From NCBI RefSeq assembly GCF_009914755.1, contig NC_060942.1: DNA of 64,000 nt, one strand, 5' to 3'. A program made the position numbers and the translations under genes. Source of the DNA: the human T2T-CHM13v2.0 reference genome, Homo sapiens. Position 1 is the stretch's first letter; every line of letters begins with the position of its first letter. A model generated the notes under the pieces. The model searched no databases. It saw only the letters and a program-made list of their open reading frames with translations, and had not been told where the DNA came from. Positions 57,239-64,000 of this stretch are shown one piece after another.

Positions 57239-59022
57239 GTTTCATAATAAAAGAATCGAAGATAACAAATATACACCATGGATACAACCTCAGTACCAAG
57301 CTTAGCATGAAGTGGGAATTCAAAAATAATAATTAACAGTGTCATCTATTAAGACAAAACATTTTGAGACAATTATGGATTCACCCATAATTCCAGTATG
57401 TCCTTTTTTTTTAAAGAAGTCTTTTATAGTCGTGTTCTATGGAGTTCTTTTCACAGCTTAATTTTCTTCAAATCATTATTATTTCTCCTTCTTGTTTTCT
57501 TCAGTTTCAGTGCCAGTTAAAAGAAGTTGTACTCTAGCTAGTTTGATTTTTTAAGTAGATGCAGAGCTAAATTTTTGCCTCAGGATACATTTTCCAAATT
57601 CTCCTCCACCTCCTCAGTTTCCACCTCCTGTTAAAAGCACCTCCATCAACCCTCACTTAGACATTGCCTACTTGGGGGTTTTTGTCTTACCTTTGCATTG
57701 ATCGCATGATTCCTGAGGACAAGGATTCTGAGCTCTCTCAGAGGGCAAAGTACATTGAGTTTGTTGCTTGTCTTAGGCAACATTTTAAAGTAGGAGAATA
57801 TAGAGCTCTCCTCTGATGTCTGCAGCCTTCCCGGTTTTACCCCATAATTCTAAAACAAGAATAGTAAAAATCCCACCTCTCATCCACTTGGGTCTGACTC
57901 TATAGGACTTCTTAGGTGTTATCCAGGTAATTTGATCAATTAATTATATTAAGAGGAATCTTCTGGAAGCTGCTCCTAGAAGACTTGCCAAGCTCTCCCA
58001 CAGACAATGGCCTCCACCTTCTCCTTTTGTTATCTAACCCCCAAGCGACTCAAGGGATCTGAATTTCAGAGTGAGTAGTGGTGGGGTCAGGCTGGTGGGG
58101 AACCTATTTGAAATGTTTGCACCGGCTTCCTGCCCAATGGGTCGAAAGAGCTATTTGAATTTTGTGGCAAAAAAAATTCTGTATGCCTAAAAGATGCCAG
58201 ATGGAGAAGGAAGTGGTGTGTTTAGCCACAGGAGAGATACTGCATGGATAATAGGTTCTCTACCCGCTTTTTGTCAACGTCAACATCAGCTTGTCAGTCT
58301 GTTAGGTCGATCATATGTAAGAATAATTCTCAGCATTCATCAACTGCTGAGACCTTCCCAAACCTAATTTTATTCTCAAGACAAACCTGTCAATGAGGTT
58401 TTATTGATTGTTTCCATCATACACATGGAGAAATGGAGGCAGAGGTTTAGAGAGAAAAACATGAGTCAGAGTGGGAAGGGAATTAACCCAGGGGACAGTC
58501 TCTATAGTTCTTCCCTCTGAGTTTGCTACAAAAATATTATTTATAAATCATTTGAAATGGTGATAACACTGAGCCCGCCAATTCAATCAAGAAACAGCCT
58601 CTATGTTGTAGCTCCATTTATTTTTCACTGGCCAGAGGTAGTGCTGAGGTAACAATTGTAAAGGTGAGAAGTCACAACTTCTATTACGGATATCTAGGGA
58701 TACCTACTGAGGACGACTTGCCTGAGAGCTTATGCTCCCAGCATTGGTGAGAAGTGCTTTCTCCTTGCTGGCTTTGAGCCACTTCCCAGAGGAGTTCCTG
58801 CTCCTCTGTTTAGAAATTGCAGAGTGGGTGTGGGCGTGCCATGTTTCTTAAGTTGCCTAAGACCCAAAAGGTTATTTTTAAAAATGTAAATATACACCCA
58901 AACTCATTGAAATAATGGTAATGGGAAGATTGAGCTGAAGACCGTGATTGAGAAATGCACGTTACCATGGTAATAACAGGGTGGGCAAGGCTAACTCTGG
59001 CCCTTCCACATTTATTTTAAAC

Positions 59023-59570
59023 CAGTAGTTCTCAAATAGTAGCGTGCATCGGAATACCCTAGAGGGCTTGTTAAGAAACAAGTTACCAGCCCCACCCCCA
59101 GACTTTCTAATTTAGTAGATCTGGAGTGGGCCTTATAATTTGCATTTCTAACCAGTTCCCAGGTCTAGCCCTAGGGCCAAATCCATGTTTTCACCTGTTT
59201 TTGTAAGGTCTGCAAATTAGTAATAGTTTTTACAGATGAACCTTTGCAAATGATTCCATGATAGGCAACACTAATTTTGAACCCCAATTAAGCAAAATTC
59301 TGTCCCCCCTCACAATTACATTCTTTTCATTAGTAGACCTGCATTACACAAAAATTGTACCCAATATTACAGTTTGAATTTCATCAATGAAAACTTAGTG
59401 GAATTTTGTTTTTCTCCCTTGTTATATAATAACTACCCAGATAAGATGCTCAATTTTGTTTCTTGGCCCACAAAGCCTAAAGTATTTATTCTCTAGACTG
59501 TTAAAGAAAAAATTGCAGACCCCTGGCTTAACTGATGCTGCTGATGTGGGGATGACTTTGAGAACCACGT
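59023..59570. mobile_element. MER5A split by a nested MER58-type element (~59165-59525)
   Basis: MER5A 5' part to ttcccagg; insert gggccaaatcc..ttggcccacaaagcctaaagtattt..gcagacccctg; MER5A resumes ctgatgctgctg..tttgagaaccac. Confidence 0.75.
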
Positions 59571-60514
59571 AAGCCATTTGCTAAGCTAAGTGTAGTAAAC
59601 CCTCCTTCCACTGATTTAATACAATTCCACGGGCCCAACTGTCCTGGACTATCACACAATGCCGAGAGAGAGGCACCACCCCTCAACCTACAATGTTCCC
59701 CTCCAGGGAGCGAAGCTGCGGAGTCTAAAAACGTGAGGCAGTGGCTCAGCGTAGAGAAAGGATATTCCAAAACATCTAATGGGCACAACTGTAAGGGAAG
59801 TAACATTTGTTTTGGGTGTTGTCCCACCTCTCATTCTAAGCTGTTCCCATCCCAGATGCTGGGGACTCTGGGGATTCTCTGACTCTGCAATGTCCCCAAC
59901 TCCTGCTCTCCAGTCAGACCTGCACCATTGCATCTGCAGCTAGCTCTGCAGTCATGCCCCAAGTAAATGCTGGTTAAGTAATCTGATTATAATCTTAGAA
60001 TTTATAAGTCTGTGATTTATATCAAATATTCATGGTGTATATGACAGCTTCCTTTGTCATATGATATAGAAATATCTGTTACATTATATAGAAATTAGTG
60101 CACTGAAAAAAGTTTACTTTTTAAAAAATCTTGACTATTTTTGTCCCCACTCTTTAATTCTGCTGTCATTAGGAGATTCTCATATTTAAAAGTGCTCAAA
60201 GCAAGGTATTCTGTTGTAGCCTGTCTTGAAGGAGTACCACCTGTCTTCAGCCTGCTAATGAAAATTGGAATTCTCTGAGGAAAGCTCTGTCATCTAGAAT
60301 CTTCTGACCAGTGGATGAGTCAGCTCAGGGCCTCTTCTCTGCATCTTCCTTGGACTCGGACTGTGGGAAGCCCTGTGGAAAGCAGGATGATCTAACAGCA
60401 GGATAAAGATTGTTTTTGTTATCATGTCCCATGGCTAAAAATTACCCACTGCTTTTCCTTCTTAAACTGGGATCCTCAACTTGGAATCTCTGGCTATTAA
60501 TAAAGTCTGGAGAG

Positions 60515-61085
60515 AGCAATAGAGTGCATTGGTTAGGACCTCAAGCATCAGCAGACCTAAATCTGAGTTATCACTTTATCACTAACTGTGAGAGCTTGGA
60601 CACAATGCTTGCCATCTCTTCACACCATCCACTCACATGTGCAATGGTGTAAAAATCACAACTACTCAGAGGTAGTTGTAAGGATGAAAATAGATAATGT
60701 GCAAAGTCCGTAGAACAGTGTGTGGCATGCAGCTTAGTGAGGGCTCCACAAATTGTAGGTTTGGTATTATTTTGCATAAGCACTCTATTAGGCAGAAGCT
60801 GATCGTTTATATATCTGAGCTACCCACTAAACTTATTCATCCATTGTCTTATTCATTTATTCATTTGATAAACATTTTTGAACACCTGTTGTGAGCCAAG
60901 CACCTTCCGGGATTTGGGGATACAGTGTGACCAAGCCAGGTGAGACCCCAGCCTCCTCAGAGCTCATTTTGGTAGACTCTGAGCTCCTAGAGAGGGAGAT
61001 CCCATCCCTGTATCTCACATAGAGCCTAGCACAGCACTATACCCAGAAGAGATCCTTTCAAAATGCTGTTAAAGAATGACTGGGT
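60515..61085. mobile_element. MIR followed by L2 fragments
   Basis: MIR-like tatcactaactgtgagagcttggac..ttgtaaggatgaaaatagataatg; L2-like attcatttattcatttgataaacattttt. Confidence 0.6.
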
Positions 61086-62254
61086 AAGTGACACGCCTAA
61101 AAAGTGGGGAGAAAAGTCAGGTGTGGTTGCTTCCCCTCTGCTGTTACTGGGACTCAGCTACCGTTAGGAGTAGCCCCTCTAATATACGCAGATGGACCAA
61201 GACCGAAGCTGACCATCCTGAGTTCTGTGCCAGGAACTCCTTCCCAGGGAGCACAGAAGGAAAGTGCTGGGCCCTGGAGAGATGCCAGTCACTCCGACAA
61301 TGGTCTTCATCTTAATTGCAGTATGTAATTCAGCACTAGGTTCCAAGTGGCAGCCACACTGAGGTTGTTTTCCCACATAACTCAATGTTCTTTTCATTGC
61401 CATGGTATATGAGCAAACTGTTCAGCTGTGAGTGAGTTCAGGGGAAGGAAATATAAGATTAGACTGCCATGCGTACTGAAAGGCAGAAAAGCTTCCATAT
61501 TATGGAGCAATAAATTAAGGAATAATCACGAAAATGTTACAGATAATTCACATCAATCAAGTAACTTACAGTTACTTTATTATTTTAGATTATATTCATG
61601 ATTATTATTTAATGTGTTTTTAATATGAATGTACAGCTTTATGTAATCCTTTTGTAATTGAGAAGGAATTAGAGGTCCAAGTGCTCTGAAATACTTTCTT
61701 TTTTTCAATTGCCCAACATTTAGAAGACTCCTGTTTTACAGCTAATGCCAATTATTCCACATAGACATACACTTTTTATCTCTTTATTGCATGTCGGGAT
61801 AACTAAAATCTATCAGATTTAAAGTTTAAGTTTTATGGCCAAAGTCATATTTCTATTTCTGCATGAGTCTAACTAATGCTCATGGATCCACAGTCCCTAC
61901 CAGAGGAATTCATCATTAGTCAATCAACAAATATTCCTTGGGGAGCCGCCTTGTGCAAGGTATGAGAATGGAGCCTTGGAGCTAGATACACAAAAAAATC
62001 ACAGAGCTTTGTCCTTGATCTCTAGACACTTTTAGTTTTGTTTGGAAAATAAGACATATAGGCATGGGATGACAATTAAAAATATAAGGCAATAAATGTT
62101 GAATGTCAAATGATAGCATCAGAAACAGTTGCTGTGGAAGTCCACAGGCAACAGCAGTCTGGGGTCATATTTGGTTGTGGAAGCCTTGCCCACTGAATGT
62201 TGTTTGTTTCACAAAAGGTTGCCTGATGAAATGGGAGAAAAGTGGGGTAAGTCA

Positions 62255-62660
<406 letters not shown>

Positions 62661-62923
62661 TAAAAAATAAGGCAATTAAAGGAAACCATTCATTCAACAA
62701 AACTTTGTGTACCTTCTTGTGCTAGAAACTTTGTTCCAGTCACACACTAAATATATACAAGTACCCAAAGACAGTTTTGGATATTCAGTACTAGTGACTT
62801 CATACTGATGGCTCTGAGGCCTAAGGGTCAAACAGATTTGTAATACTCAGGGGTGTCTCCTTCATCAACTAGCAAACCTGGGTCATCCCCAGAAGTGGGG
62901 TAAATTTGTTAGAAACTCCTATG

Positions 62924-63234
<311 letters not shown>

Positions 63235-63389
63235 CTATGGCGACAGAGTGATGCCCAGGGAAGGTGGAACTCTGTGCCGAAACAATGTTAGTTTTGCATT
63301 TGGTGTCCTACTGTCCTGACTGTCTATTCAGCAATCTATTTGACATTTCAACCTCTGTGTCTAACAGGCTTCTTAATAATAAACATCCA

Positions 63390-64000
63390 AAAGAGAAGTG
63401 TTAACTTTCTCCCGCAAATCTGTTTTGCCCCGATCTTCCTCTTCTTCATAAATGAGACTACCATCTGCCATGTTGATAAGCCAAAACTTAAAACTCATTC
63501 TGAAGTCTTCATCTGTCCTACCCACCACATGTAATCCAGGAGCACTCCCTGTCCATTCCACCTTCAGACTAGGATGCTGGCTATGTCCCCGTCGGGTCGT
63601 CTCCATGGGCACTATCGGCCGTCTTGCCTGGGGGATTGTGCTGGCCACCTACGGGGTCTTCCTGTCTCCACCCTTGCTCGTGTCCAAGCTCATCTCCATA
63701 CAGCAGCCAGAATGGTCGTAGACAAATGTCAGTCTCTCCATGTCATTCCTCTGCTTGAAACTTTAATGATTTCTTATTTATCTTCAAATAAAACTGAAAT
63801 GATCAGGCTCTGTTTGATTGGTCCTGTTGTTTCTTCCTCTTCCCCTGTTGCCCACCATCCTCCACCAAACTGACATTTTAAATTATTCCTTCAACATCCT
63901 CATGTCTTTTCTGCCTCAGGATCTTTGCATCTGTTACTTGGAATGGTCTAGAACTGTCTAGAGCGGTCTGCCTGACTCTTCACATGGTTGCCTTTTGATC
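63390..64000 (+). mobile_element. L2 fragment
   Basis: ctccatacagcagccagaatg..catgtcattcctctgcttgaaac..ctgcctcaggatctttgca. Confidence 0.75.

Overview
Primate (almost certainly human) genomic DNA, not microbial. The only convincing protein-coding gene is TMEM200C on the minus strand: an intronless 621-aa CDS at 36313-38178, which I recognise as the human chr18p11.31 gene. It lies in an intragenic CpG island. A separate promoter CpG island (~40750-42450) carries probable non-coding 5' exons with several uORFs and probably also drives a divergent plus-strand lncRNA. Proximal and distal poly(A) signals suggest a 3'UTR of up to ~8 kb. The rest is mostly transposable-element debris (L1, Alu, MIR, L2, MaLR/ERV LTRs, hAT MERs). 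The most unusual structures are in the first 13 kb, where an ancient L1 is interrupted by several younger inserts. One is a twin-primed inverted L1PA with only ~45 bp of sense 3' end. Another looks like a spliced, poly(A)-tailed LTR8/ERV1 transcript retroposed by L1 machinery, later hit by an Alu and an L1PA. I see no CRISPR array, rRNA, tRNA gene or prokaryote-style system. Repeat subfamily names are from memory of consensus sequences and need RepeatMasker/Dfam confirmation.
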